Below, piece by piece: positions 1 to 35,526 of a stretch of 64,000 nt of DNA. Source of the DNA: the human T2T-CHM13v2.0 reference genome, Homo sapiens; the NCBI RefSeq assembly GCF_009914755.1, contig NC_060937.1; one strand, written 5' to 3'. The number at the start of each line of letters is the position of its first letter. Position 1 is the stretch's first letter. The position numbers and the translations under genes are program-made. The notes under the pieces are model-generated. The model did no database searches. It had not been told where the DNA came from and saw only the letters and a program-made list of their open reading frames with translations.

Positions 1-326
1 TGTGTTGGCTAGAACAAATAGTACATTTTCCTGGCAACGTTGAGCTTTCTCAGGCAGGCATTTTACGAGGGGGCTGGGGGTCATCCTAGGGACACAGCCT
101 CATGCTGCTAGGTTCCGTGCTAGAGTTTGGTCAAGTCTCTTAGTGCAGAGGTTTGTATGCAGTTGTCATGTACCAAGAGTTCTGCAGTTCTCAAAACTTA
201 GTATTACTAATAGTGGAACCTCTTCATGTGATGCAATTTGAATATCACATCACCTAAAAGATAGTCTTGCCAGGTGTGTTTAATCTGAATTTCATTAGTT
301 TTAAACTTAATTTTACTTTATAGGAC

Positions 327-1030
<704 letters not shown>

Positions 1031-1190
1031 AGTATATTGATTTAACCAAATACATTAAATTAAGTGGATGGATGAAAGTTACCAATATCATAAGGAAATA
1101 GCCAGACAAATCCAGAATGTAGGTCATTCTACAAAACAACTTTGTTGGACTCGAAAAAGTCAATGTCATGTGGGAAAAAAAGGTACGGGG

Positions 1191-1552
1191 ATGTTATGCT
1201 TCGAATGTGTCCCCCAAATTTCATGTGTTGGAAACCTAATTCCCAAATTCATCTGTTGATTGCATTTGGAGGTAGGGTGTTTGAGGGGTAATTGGGATTA
1301 GATAAGGTTATCAGGTTGGGATCCCCATGATGGGACTGGTGGCTTTATATGAAGAGGAAGAGAGACCTGAGCTATACGCTCTTGTTCTCTATGTGATGCC
1401 TTCCACCATGTTGTGACACAGCAGGAAGGCCCTCACCAGATGCCAGTGCCAGTCCCTTCAACTTTCCAGCCTGCAGAACTATAACAAATAATGTGTTTTC
1501 ATAAATTACTCATTCTCAGATAGTCTGTTATAGTAATAGAAAACAGACTAAG
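1191..1552 (+). mobile_element. MSTC/MSTD-like MaLR LTR
   Basis: GAATGTGTCCCCCAAATTTCATGTGTTGGAAAC...AAACAGACTAAG. Confidence 0.7.
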
Positions 1553-1926
1553 GGTATTAATCTAGAATCTAAACAGACATTCAAATGCAATGTGTGAATC
1601 TTAGTTGGATCCTGAATTAGACAAAACAAAAACAGCTAAAAAAGACATATTGGGGAAAAACTGAAGAAATTTTAATATATAAGAGCTATTAGGTCTGTTA
1701 TATGATTGTTAATTTTATTAGGTGTGATAATGGTGTTGGTTTTGTAGGAGAATGTCCTTATTCTTAGGAGATGCATTCTGAAATATTTTGCTGAGGTCTG
1801 CAATTAACTCTTCAATCATCCAACCACCACCACAGAAGTGTGTGTGTGTGCAGACAGAAAAAAGCCAAATGCAGCAAAATGGGAATAGTAGTTGAATCTA
1901 GAGTACACAGTGTTGATTGAAATATT

Positions 1927-10119
<8,193 letters not shown>

Positions 10120-10148
10120 TGATTGAACTATTTCTTAAAAATTATTGT

Positions 10149-11219
<1,071 letters not shown>

Positions 11220-11629
11220 ATTCCTCTCTTTTTAACTTGAAACGTCTTCGGAACAATTACTAAATACATCATGCCACTCTGTATTACTTGGTGATTTACA
11301 TGTTTAAATCCTTCAGTCAACTGCAAGCTCTTTAAGGTAAGGACTGGGTTTTATATAATGCTGCACAAAACTGATCTCAGTGTATTACTCATATTACACC
11401 ACATCTATTGATGCTCATTAAGTTAAGCCAGCAAACAATAACTTTTTTACTCCAGCTTGCCAGGAGTAAAAAAAAAAAAAAAAAAAAAAGAAATAGAAGT
11501 CAAACAAAGAGTCTATTTAAAATATCAGCTTATTGTTTATATAGTGTGGAATTCATACAGCAATCAAAGGGCTTTACTGTCTGTACCCAGATGCTCATTG
11601 TTATTGAATGACTCATATTCTTCATAATT

Positions 11630-11635
11630 TTTATT
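11630..11635 (-). terminator. Candidate polyadenylation signal AATAAA
   Basis: TTTATT on plus strand, about 620 nt past the stop; usage not determinable from DNA. Confidence 0.45.
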
Positions 11636-11699
11636 TAAAAGTTGCAGTCTAAGTCTTAACTTTAACATGATTAACAGTATTATGGTTTTTCTTTATGTT

Positions 11700-11826
11700 T
11701 TGAGTTTTTTTGTAGACATGGGGTCTATTTTGCCCAGGCTGGTCTCAAATTCTTACCTCAAGAGATCTTCCCCCTTTGGCCCTTCAAAGCACTGGGATTA
11801 CAGGCATAAGCATCCACTATAGGCCA
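11700..11826 (-). mobile_element. Degenerate Alu left monomer (FLAM-like) in the MTRF1 3' UTR
   Basis: TGCCCAGGCTGGTCTCAAA...CACTGGGATTACAGGCAT, single arm only. Confidence 0.75.
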
Positions 11827-12257
11827 AGGTACTTTGTATTTAAATAAAAGGTTTATAAGGAAGTCTAAAATTCATATTTTACTAAATTTTACCATATTTT
11901 CCTGAAGTAGTAGATTAAAAATATATTTAAATTAATTCATAGATGGCTGGGGAAAAAAGGCATATAAAGAGAACAAGTGACTTGTCCTAAATGACACAAT
12001 CAATTCTCAATACTTTCTCTTTTCAATGATGCATGCTTATTTTCTACTTGATGAGTTGGATTGTACTTTACAGGAAACCTAAAATAAATTCTTAGGTCAG
12101 GAAATGTGACTTCGATTAATTACAAAACATATATTTATGTGTAATGTGTTCTTAAAGCTGTAATTTACAAATATTCATAATGATTTCCAAGCTTCAGTCT
12201 GCCTCTTGATATAGGTCCATTTCATTTATATAATCATAAATAATAATAAGTTAGTAT

Positions 12258-12371
12258 TTATTTTGCTGATTTAAGGTGTTCATCCAAAAGTTCAGCAATG
12301 GCTTCTTCATCTGCTGATTGAAGCAGTCTCTGAATTAGCTGATCCAGGCCCTTCCCACCACATAAAAATTC
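12258..12371 (-). CDS. MTRF1: MTRF1 exon 10 coding part, EFLCGGKGLDQLIQRLLQSADEEAIAELLDEHLKSAK*
   Basis: Acceptor ctcttttaccag|GAA; TAA at 12260-12258; brings CDS total to 1338 nt. Confidence 0.95.
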   Translation of the reverse strand, partial: EFLCGGKGLDQLIQRLLQSADEEAIAELLDEHLKSAK

Positions 12372-13265
12372 CTGGTAAAAGAGAGAGCTATTATGAAACC
12401 TAATGATTAGAAATATAAGCAAAGACTTTAGTGTTTATTTATTTAAATTCTTTGCAGTCATTATTTAATAACAATAAAGGATTACTAATGTTCTGTAATA
12501 CAATGAACACAATCGCTAACTTGGGAAGATCCCCACTCTGTAGAAGAATTCAGTTAGCATTTTATTTTAAAATAAATCTTCTGAGATTTGGATTTTCCTA
12601 ACAACTCCAGAGACAACAAAACAAAGAGATCTAGATGGACTTTTGAAACTGACCACCTCCCTCCCTTTAAAATTCCACTGATTGGCTTTTATGACAACAC
12701 CATTCTAGGCTCTCAAACCATCTTTAGGAGAACGGGTTTGCTGGATTTTCTCTTATTGTACCCTAAAAAAAAAATGCTTTTATTCTTGTCCTGAAAATTC
12801 TACCCTTTTCACTCACATTATGTTATTTCCCAGAGGAAAAAGACTGAAAGGTCTCAATTCCACAAGCAATTTGTTCCACAAGCATTTTGTGCATTAATGC
12901 ACATACTGCTCCTTGCCAACTCCTCTGGATCTGACTGAGAGGAAGCCTCCCCCGACCATTCAAGCTCACCCTTCTGCTAATCCTCAAAGTTTAGATTATT
13001 TCATCTGTAAGTGGTTTATGATAGTTTTTTATTTTTAAACCGAAAACATGATGATCTAGAAGTCCTGTGTAACTGAAAAATATTTTTGTTGAAATATTTA
13101 GGGGTGAAGTGTCTTTGAGGTCTGCAATTTGCTTTCAAATGGTTCAAGAGCAACACAGGTTTATAGAGAGACAGAGGAAATGGTGGGGGGAAAGAGAAGG
13201 AAAATACAGTAAAATATTAACAACTGTTGAATCTAGGTATAGTCTATATTGTGCTGATTGACTAA

Positions 13266-16548
<3,283 letters not shown>

Positions 16549-17491
16549 AATTATTCACTCTTACTAGTCTCTTTACTGTCCTTCACACAGATTTTAATGT
16601 TTTACTACAGCTACCTTTTTTCATGCTGTTTTCAAACTTTGTTCCTTTCACTACTATGGAATGTCTTCTTCCAGTAGACTAGTTAGTGATTATTAGAGCT
16701 TACCAGTGTTATTTTCCTTATTACTTCTGAGTCTGGCATGCTAGTTTGGTTAGTGATATATTATTATTTAGGCCAAAGTCAGATATTTTATAACTACAGA
16801 AGCCAGTTAGTTACCTTCCCTTTGTTTCACAACCGAATACTATACTATGCACCTATGGTCCCATCTAAAAGATATTACTGGTCATAAGAATGTGGCTGTC
16901 TCCGAAAAAATTGTCACTACTACCAGAAAAACAACTGAAAGAACATAGTGTAATTAGAACAATATGGCCAAACACGTTTCGTTAATACTGTGTGTTTCCG
17001 GAGGAAAGGGAAATTAGCAAATATTTTCCTCCTTTTCAACATGGCTATGTTCCTAAGCAAGATAGCCTTATCCTGCTGAGGAGACAGAGGATGTGGCATA
17101 AGACATACAGAAATTGACAAACATATTAACCTTGTATAACTAGGACTTTTTTACAAGGTATATTTCCCTTGTAAAACTAGGACTTTAATTTTGAGAATAG
17201 GATGGGACAGAGTCAAGTGAAAGAAGCCTTAGGTATCACATGGCACCAAGGAAAAACATCAAAGATTTCTGTCTGCTGCCTTTTCCACATAGTCCTTTAT
17301 GGGACCAGTTCACTTTCTCCTTCAGTGGCAACAAAAAAGACATTTTTCTGTGCTTCATCATTAATATATTTATATATTTATGTCAGTGGTCTTTGCTGGA
17401 TGCGATTTAGATAGGTTAATGTTCAAACAATCTTGACCGAGTCTTTTCCCCAACAGCCTAACTGTAACACCTCAATCTAATGAAGACACAT

Positions 17492-18070
17492 TGTGGTAGG
17501 GAGAATTCTAAGATGCCCCCTGGTGTACACACTGTGAATAACTCCCTCTCAGTGCAGACAGGACCTGTGAAAATGATGGAGTATCATTCTAGTGCCTAGG
17601 TGACTAAGCAGCTGACTTTGAGTTAATCAAAAGGAACATTATCCAGGTGAGCTTGACCTAAACAGGTGAGCCCTTAAAAAGGCCCGAGTCATTCCTGCAA
17701 GAAGAGATTCAAAGTGGGAGAGAGTCTCTGGAGGTAGCCACTGGGAAACAACTTCCAACAGTATTTACGCGCTGAAAAGCAGCCTCCAGCTGACTGTCAG
17801 CAAGGGAATGGGGGCTTCAGTCCTACAATCGAAGGCAATGGCATTCTGCTGGCAACCACATAAACTTGGAAGAGGACCCCAAGCTCCAGAAGAGTATGGA
17901 GCCTGGCCATGCCTTGATTTCAGCCTTGTGAGATCCTGAGAAGATAACTAAGCTCAGTTGTCCCTAGATTTCTGACCTACAGAAATCATGAGATAATACT
18001 TTAATCATGGGTACTGCTTTAAGTTGCTATATTCGTGGTAATTTGTTACCTGTCAATAGAAAACCAATAC
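17492..18070 (+). mobile_element. MLT1E-like MaLR LTR
   Basis: TGTGGTAGGGAGAATTCTAAGATG...GTAATTTGTTAC...AATAGAAAACCAATAC. Confidence 0.75.
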
Positions 18071-18349
18071 CCATGTATATATGCAGACTGAATATACGTT
18101 CATGCATTGTGATTGCATAACGAAGAATTTGGAATTTAGAAAAGACCATTGTTTCAAAATGGCATAAAGATCATTATTTTTTTAACCAGCAAACTAATAA
18201 AAGTGTTTGTAAATTTTAGGGTGGCTTAATGATTTAAATTACTTGGTAATATTTTAGATATACTTGGTAATATCTACATATATGTTCTAGAATTTGACTA
18301 TATTTTCTTCTGAAATCAAAGGTAGGCAAAGCATACTCAGTAGTATTAC

Positions 18350-18448
18350 CTTAATATCACGAACTTCATATGCTATCCTGTGGTCACTGACTCTATCCTG
18401 GGTGAAATTATATGTCCGAATTCGCTCTGACTGGGCTCTTGTTCCCAC
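18350..18448 (-). CDS. MTRF1: MTRF1 exon 9 (99 nt), VGTRAQSERIRTYNFTQDRVSDHRIAYEVRDIK
   Basis: Within ORF 18287..18523; acceptor ttatggcacag|GTG, donor AAG|GTAATA; RF1 motif IRTYNFxQxRVxDHR. Confidence 0.97.
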
Positions 18449-19509
18449 CTGTGCCATAACAAAAAGCAATTTATATTTTACCTTTATAAATGTCTTCATT
18501 ACAATGGAAAAAGCACTTGGCAAATGACCATTTCAACAATTTAGATACTTTCTAAAAGTCATATATACAAAATGACAAAGAAAAAGAATGGGCAGAACTT
18601 AATGTTTAATACTACAGGTTTGTAGAGCTCGGTTATAGAATAAGAAGGAATGTTTCTTTGATATTTCAAACTCCAAATCCTTAAAATCAAATTAATCATC
18701 TTTCCACTCCAATCAGTTCCCCCTCCTGGTTTCTATAAATGACAGTACCATGTATTCTCTTTTATCCAAGTAGAAAATTCTGACATTCTGCAATTTATCA
18801 AACATTTTGTGGGTCTGAGTTTACTATGCCAGGCTTTGACAAAGATGCACACGGCGGGAGAGACCATCTTCAGTTCATCCCATTCTCCAACTGCCCATTT
18901 CCAATTGGTTTCATGGGTCTCTTATTATATCCTGCCCTTTCCATTTCTCCTCTCACTCATGGACTCATTACTTTCACCTACAATTCTGCAAAAATCTCCT
19001 GATTAATCTCCAATTTTTTTGCTCACATTGTGCTGCCCTGCTTACTCTTCCTACAGTACAGTTTTCTGATAAATTTTCTTTGGTTCCTTCTTGTCTACTG
19101 AGCAGACACAACTCAACTCAGCATTCAAGGTACTTTGTAACGTGGCCAATCTTCCCAGTGTTATTTCTGAAAATTACGTTAATCTCCATAATGCCACTAA
19201 TAATACTATGTCATTATTATGTGTGTGTCGGTTATCTCTGCTATAAAACATCATCTCAAGGGATGCCCTTCTCTAATACTCTCCTACCATTTCTGCCTTT
19301 CTGGCCCCAGCAATTGAAATACATTCTCTTCTTCCCTGAAATCCACTGTACTTGGAATGTTCTTCATGGCACACCACAGTTTGTCTCATGCTACAGTTAT
19401 TTGCATTCTTCTTAGTCTGCTCATCTCCTCCACCTCCCCAACACCCGATATACACAGCACCCTGTGTCAATTGCTGTCACTTTTTAAAATAAGATATTTC
19501 TATAACTTA

Positions 19510-19800
19510 TTGTCTTAAACCCTAAGGCAAGTGATATGAAACTAAACTCCTGACCATTAGAAGAATTTTTTTAAATTATGGATTCCTAAGCCCAACCTCA
19601 GATATAATGGATCAGAATTATGTATTTTGAGAACATCCCAGATCATCTCTTCTGACAATCAGCCAAGTTTGGAAACCACTGTCCCAAAGCACCATATTAA
19701 TGGCCAGGACCTCACTCCAGATCAGTTACATCAGAATCTCTGGGGTGGGGCCTGGGCATCTACGAAAGCTTGTTAGGTGATCAGTGGAACCAGGATTGGG
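19510..19800. mobile_element. MER5-like hAT/Charlie DNA transposon fragments
   Basis: ATCAGAATCTCTGGGGTGGGGCCTGGGCATCT and AAGTTTGGAAACCACTG motifs. Confidence 0.6.
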
Positions 19801-20023
19801 AATGTGGCATAATGCCTTCTGTATAAAAGCCAAGTGTATATCTTGGTTGAAGAAAAAAACTTCTAAGCCTTAGAAATCCCTATTAAAACATTTCAGGTAG
19901 GTGGATAAGTTATTCAAGAGGCAGTGACGTCTTTTTTGGCTTGTCAATCAGACTACTGAAGAAGACACATGAACAATTTGCATAAAGCCAATCTTGAATA
20001 CCTATTTTAAAAATTACTTTGTG

Positions 20024-20947
<924 letters not shown>

Positions 20948-21525
20948 TTAAAATAATGACATTTATTCATTTTGCTTAGAATTCATCTATTTATCTATTT
21001 GAAAAAGTAACACTATATCATATATATTGTACAAAATTCAAAAAGTACCAAATGGTACATAATGAAAAATAAATTTCCTTTCTACCCCTTGTCCCTAGTC
21101 TCCATCAGTAGTATTCACTGTTCCCAGTTTTTTGCAGTGCCATTTGTATTTGATCTCACATAGAGTTATAGTACAAGCATAGGTTTTAATTTTTAGAAAT
21201 AAAAAACGTTCTTAATTCTCAAAGAATTATTTGTCTTTTAAACCGTTTTCTTCTTAAGACAGTAATGATATAAACACAAGAGGGAAACAACTAGGAAATA
21301 ATTTTTAGTTTATACATCTTACATTTACTAACTTGCAAACTGGTATGCCCAAGTTGAGCCATAACCCATCAGTTCATTTGTACTGAGTTACTGCTTATTT
21401 ACAAAGGAGCACATTTCTCTATGCTCTAAAACATTCCCATTTAAGCAAGAACAAACACTGCATTCTCTACAGAAAATGACTTTTCTTTAAACAGTCACTA
21501 AATTATTATACCAAGTAAATCTTAC

Positions 21526-21662
21526 CTGCAGTTTTCTAGCACTTTGTTGCTGACGCTTGTCTTTCTCAATAATCTGCTGGTAGAGTCTAGCTCTCAACAC
21601 ACGAAAGGCTATTTCTTTATTTTTTATCTGTGATCTTTCTTGTTGGCATTCTACTACTAGCC
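21526..21662 (-). CDS. MTRF1: MTRF1 exon 8 (137 nt), [30 protein letters not shown]...ARKLQ
   Basis: Acceptor ttatttttcag|GG, donor CAG|GTAAGA; conserved CQxxRSQxxN motif. Confidence 0.95.
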
Positions 21663-22102
21663 CTGAAAAATAACAGGGATCAGAAGGTAAACTGTAGCTT
21701 CCACCAAATTAAGATAGAACCAAGGAACAGTTAAATGAGACAGGTTAATCAGGAAAAGATCACAAAAGATACAAACATTTTAGGTTTAGCACACTTCAGA
21801 AACTAGCTGGGTTATGATTATAGCTGTAGTTGGCTCTTTAGATTCTGATATGTAAATGAGAACTCCGTATGAGCACCCAGAAAGCAGCAGCATCCACAGA
21901 TGATTACCTGTCCTTTCAGTCCCCGAGCTTGGCCTCTTCCTCCTAGCTCATCCGGGCATTTCTGCAGCTCAACAAACAGCAAACTACTGCTACTCCCTAT
22001 ACTGCGCTGCTCCATTCTCTGTCCAACTCAAGAAGAACTTGCCTTTTCCCCTTTCAGTCACAAATATACACAGAGCTGAGGTTTTAAAAATACCTTTATA
22101 AT

Positions 22103-27183
<5,081 letters not shown>

Positions 27184-28978
27184 TAAAGCAAGAATGAAAC
27201 AAAAATAAACTCAGAAGAAACAGAGACACTGCAGAAAGCAGAAGAGAACTTCAGAGAAACTAAAATTAATATCCTTCAGTAATAAAAAAAAGAAATAAGT
27301 ATCAACAAAATAAGAAAAGGATGCTATGAGAAAACAATTCTGAGAACAAGAAAGAGCTCTCAAAAGTTAAAAAAATAATTTTTTTACAATCAGAAAAAAG
27401 GGTAGGAAAAAGAACTAAAAAACAGTGACAGACAATATGAGGAAAAAACAAATTCAAGAGGTCTAATATCTAACTAATAGAAATCCCAGGAAGAATAAAT
27501 AAAATGTTATGCAAGAAAGTATTGAAGAAAGTATTTCAGAGCTGAAAGGCATGAGTCTCTAAACTGAAAGCAACAAATACAAGGAATGAAAAAGACTTTC
27601 AATGTTCTAAGGGGAAATTATTTCCATGAAATGATCGATGAAGTGTGAAGTTAGAATAAAGCTATTTTCAGATCTACAAAGCCTTGAAATATTTACATGT
27701 CACAAATCTTTTCTCAGGAAGCCACTTAAAGATGAGCTTTGTTAAAATGACAGAGTAGCAAAGAGAAAAGATGATATAGAACCCAAGAAACGGGAGGATC
27801 CAACACAGAACAGAGATGAAAGGAACTCCCCAACTGCTGATGACCAGGACAACCCCTGTGCAATGTCCTGGGGAGCAGCTGGTCCACACTGAAGCAAGAT
27901 GATGGAGTGCTCTGTCATGGAGTCTCCAGAGAGCACTGGAGTGACTTCATTTTACACAACTTTTGGAAGATGTAAGCAGACTCAGAGTCAAAGAAAAGTA
28001 GGCAAATGAAAAATCAATGAGGTAATTATTAACTCTAGGAAATGAAATCACAGGACTGTATACTAATGGGCTCAGCGTCTAACACTATCTGTTCATTATA
28101 TGAACACAGTGAAAATTAATTTTGCCAAAAGATAAATATTTGGAAGAAGAAAAGGTATATAAGAAGGGCAAAATTCTCATCTACCACATTAAGATGTAAA
28201 TATATAATCTTTATAGTTGGTCAGAAGAGCAATATTTGCCTATTATTTAGAAATACTGAGGTAATTACCAGAAGAAATAGCTAAAAGAGGTTCATTTGTT
28301 TGTTTTTTGCAGCTAGAGAAGTGAGTAAAAAGAATTTAAAGTGGTTGTCTTTAGGAAATGGGAACTGAGAGTAGAGGAAGTAGGAAGAGGGTGGGAACAA
28401 GTCCAGAGAGCTGTTGGTTTTTTTGTTATAGGACTTTGCCATTAGACTTTTAAAACCATATACATGAAATGTAAAAATTAATTTAAAAAAATTAAGGAGT
28501 TAAATAAAATTTTAATTTGAAAAACGGTAGGAATATTTAAAATCACATTACGGACAGCAAAACTACCTCAGAGTATACCAAAATTACCAATATTCAAAAT
28601 AAAAGCATTAGTGCAGCAAAGCCTAATGGAGTTAGCTGTCATGCTACAAGGTGACAGAATATCCACGGTGGTGGCCTGTGCAAGGCTGCTTCTGTGTTTC
28701 ATCTGTATTTAGGCTGGGGCACCTCTGTTTGCTCACTCCCATCCAGCATACCTGGGAAGCTTCCCTGAATAGGTCTGCTCACCGTCTGCATCTTTTCAGA
28801 AAGGAATCTTTCCAAACAGAAGGGAAATATGAACACAATAGCCATCCTGATCCACAACCCCAGTGACATTTTTAAAGAGCTGTGCAAGGAACCAGACACT
28901 CACATAGGACTATTTCCTTCCAAATGCTGAGTAAGATGGAAAAAGGGTTAAAAGTACAAAGCCAAGGGGCTTGCTTAC

Positions 28979-29096
28979 CTGTGGGGATGTGGACAAGTCT
29001 GACGGCACTATCAGTTTTATTAACATGCTGCCCTCCTGCTCCTTTGGCTCGAAATGTATCTATTCGCAAATCCTTGGGGTCCAATTTCACATCCAC
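28979..29096 (-). CDS. MTRF1: MTRF1 exon 7 (118 nt), catalytic GGQ (29036-29028) in [26 protein letters not shown]
   Basis: ORF 28872..29096; acceptor ttctgttctag|GTG, donor CAG|GTAAGC; universal class I release factor motif. Confidence 0.98.
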
Positions 29097-29269
29097 CTAG
29101 AACAGAAGGCATGGCATAATTCTACACTCCGTGAATACTTTAATATAAAATCGATTCCAAGATTTTTCAAATAAACTGTATTGTTTTAAGATAAATTATA
29201 GCCTTTAGACTAAGAGAAGTAACTTATACCAAAGAAAGAGCAATAAACTCCCCATTCCAATGGGATGCT

Positions 29270-29566
29270 ATTTTTTGTTTGTTTGAGACAGGGTCTCCCT
29301 CTGTTGCCTAGGCTGGAGTATAGTGGCACAATCATAGCTCACTGTAACCTCAAACTCCTGGGCTTAAGTGATCCTCCTGCCTCAGCCTGCTGAGTAGCTA
29401 GGACTACTGGTGCGCACTACCGTGCCATGTTAATTTTAAAAATTTCTTGTACAGATGGGGTCTTGCTATTTTGCCCAGGCCGGTCTTGAACTCCTGGCCT
29501 CAAGCGATCCTCCCACCTTGGACTTCCTGAATGCTGAGATTACAGACATGAGCCACCACACCTGGC
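29270..29566 (-). mobile_element. AluJ-like element just upstream of exon 7
   Basis: Alu consensus with J-type ATCATAGCTCACTGTAACCTCAAACTCC. Confidence 0.85.
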
Positions 29567-29712
29567 CCTGGGATTCCATTTTTAAGCACTGATTTAGGAT
29601 GTTATGAGATCACTGAGTTTTCAATCTTTCAAAAGTTTCATCATTCATCATCCCAAAGTTACATGTAAGAAAACCCCAAAAATATATAAAATACACACAT
29701 ATATACTATATA

Positions 29713-30487
29713 TTGTTGATTCTCATTATTGTCAGAATGTCTATTTGCAAATTTGCCTACTCACTAAAATTTATTTGTATCCACAAATCAACACCCGAGG
29801 CACTTCCACAGTCATTTGCAGACATGCATAGGGCAGTGAAAAATATGAGTTGCTCCACATTTGCCCATTGCCAGCTGAAGTAGGACAAGGTAACACTCTG
29901 CCTTCTTGTGGCAGCTCTCCTACAGAGATGACCAGAGAATGGAGGTGTAGGGGGCAGAGCAGAGCAGTGCTCTGGTTCTGGGGCCAATTTGGACTGGGTT
30001 TGAATCTGAACTCTAGCACCTTTTAGTGGAGCAGCATCAGGCAAGTCACCTGACACTCCTGAGCCTCGTTTTCTCTTTTGTAAAGTATAGAGAATCTACC
30101 AGGATGGGTTATTTTTAGAATTTAAGATTATAATCTATGTGAGCTCAGTGTGTGTTTGTGTGTGTGTATGAATTTAGCTAATTTTTTTTTTTTTTTGAGA
30201 CAGGGTCTCACTCTGTTCCCCAGGCTGGAGTGCAATGGTGCAATCATAGCTCACTGCCACCTTGAACTCCTGGACTTAAGCAATCTTCCTGCCTCAACCT
30301 CCTGAGTAGCTGGGACCACAGGTGTGTGCCACCACGCTCAGCTGGATTTAGCTAATATTGAACCATTGTTCCTAACACTGATTTAACAAATACTGAACCA
30401 TTACTGCCAAGTGGTTCAGAATCTACTAAATTAGTGTTTGCTGCAACTTTACAGAACATAACTACTGGGAATAATGAAAATCAACTT
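29713..30487. mobile_element. MER82-like Tigger non-autonomous DNA transposon, interrupted by an Alu right arm (30182-30345)
   Basis: Terminal inverted repeats GTTGATTCTCATTATT (29715-29730) and AATAATGAAAATCAAC (30470-30485), 15/16 match; internal MIR-like piece. Confidence 0.7.
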
Positions 30488-30509
30488 CATTCGTGCATGT
30501 GTGTGTTTA

Positions 30510-30918
30510 TTAGTGATTGAAAGGTGGCTCCCAAAAAGATATGTTCATATTCTAATTCATGGAACCTTATTCGGAAAAAGGTTCTTTGCAGATGTAATTA
30601 AGATGAAATTATCCTGGATTATCAGGATAGGCCCTAAATCCAATGACAAGTGTCCTTATAACAAACAACTAAAGACAGTAAAGGAGAAGACCATGTGAAT
30701 TTGAAGAGTGTTATCGTTTCAAGCCGAGGAACACCTGGAGCAACCAGAAGCTGGAAGATGCAAGGGAGGATTCTCCCCAGAGCCTTCAGAGAGGCACAAC
30801 TCTGCTGACACCTTGATTTTGGACTTCTGGCTGCTAGAACTGTGAAATAATAAGTTACTGCTATTTGAAGCCACTAAGTTTGTGGTAATTTGTTACAGCA
30901 GCCTTTGGAAACTTATAC
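30510..30918 (+). mobile_element. MLT1C-like MaLR LTR
   Basis: GGAACCTTATTCGGAAAAAGGTTCTTTGCAGATGTAATTAAG...GTAATTTGTTACAGCAGCC. Confidence 0.75.
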
Positions 30919-31177
30919 ACAGACACAGACACACACACACACATAGAAACACACACACACAAATAGTTAACGAATATGTTTTTATTTTGTTTGTTTTTTG
31001 TTTTTTTTTTTGAGACAGAGTCTTGCTTTGTTGCCCAGGCTGGAACGCAGTGGCGTGATCTCAGAATTCACTGCAACCTCTGACTCCCAGGTTCAAGAGT
31101 TTGGAAACTTATACACAGACACAGACAGACAGACACACACACACAGACACACGCACACACACACACAGTTGACAAAT

Positions 31178-35288
<4,111 letters not shown>

Positions 35289-35353
35289 CTAAGGCTTCCA
35301 GCACAATACCCGTTGACATGGAGTGAGTTTCCCTTGCCTCCTCCTGAGGTTAC

Positions 35354-35526
35354 CTCATCTGGCTGAGGAAGGACAATAACCGACATCGTTCCTGTGTGAA
35401 TGCGCTGCATCCTTGAGGACAGGCCCACCTCGGGGATGCGCTGAACTCGGTGAATCCCACCCTCATACTTCAAATGCTTATAGACACCGTCACCGGAAAT
35501 TCGGGCGGCTGCATGATGTAGTCCAC
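35354..35526 (-). CDS. MTRF1: MTRF1 exon 6 (173 nt), codon-recognition loop KYEGGIHRVQRIPEVGLSSRMQRIHTGT
   Basis: ORF 35282..35473; acceptor ttgttcccctag|GT, donor GAG|GTAACC. Confidence 0.97.

Larger units (their letters stand above)
11490..12257 (-). other. MTRF1: MTRF1 3' UTR, AT-rich, contains an Alu monomer; 3' end uncertain
   Basis: Follows the stop; candidate signals AATAAA 11635-11630, TATAAA/AATAAG at about 11542-11529 before a U-tract (11489-11468). Confidence 0.6.

Noticed and set aside
1-200. LTR-like end at the window start, and another LTR-like segment at about 48820-49445
   Set aside because: Probably ERV1-class LTR relics, but I cannot assign family or boundaries reliably
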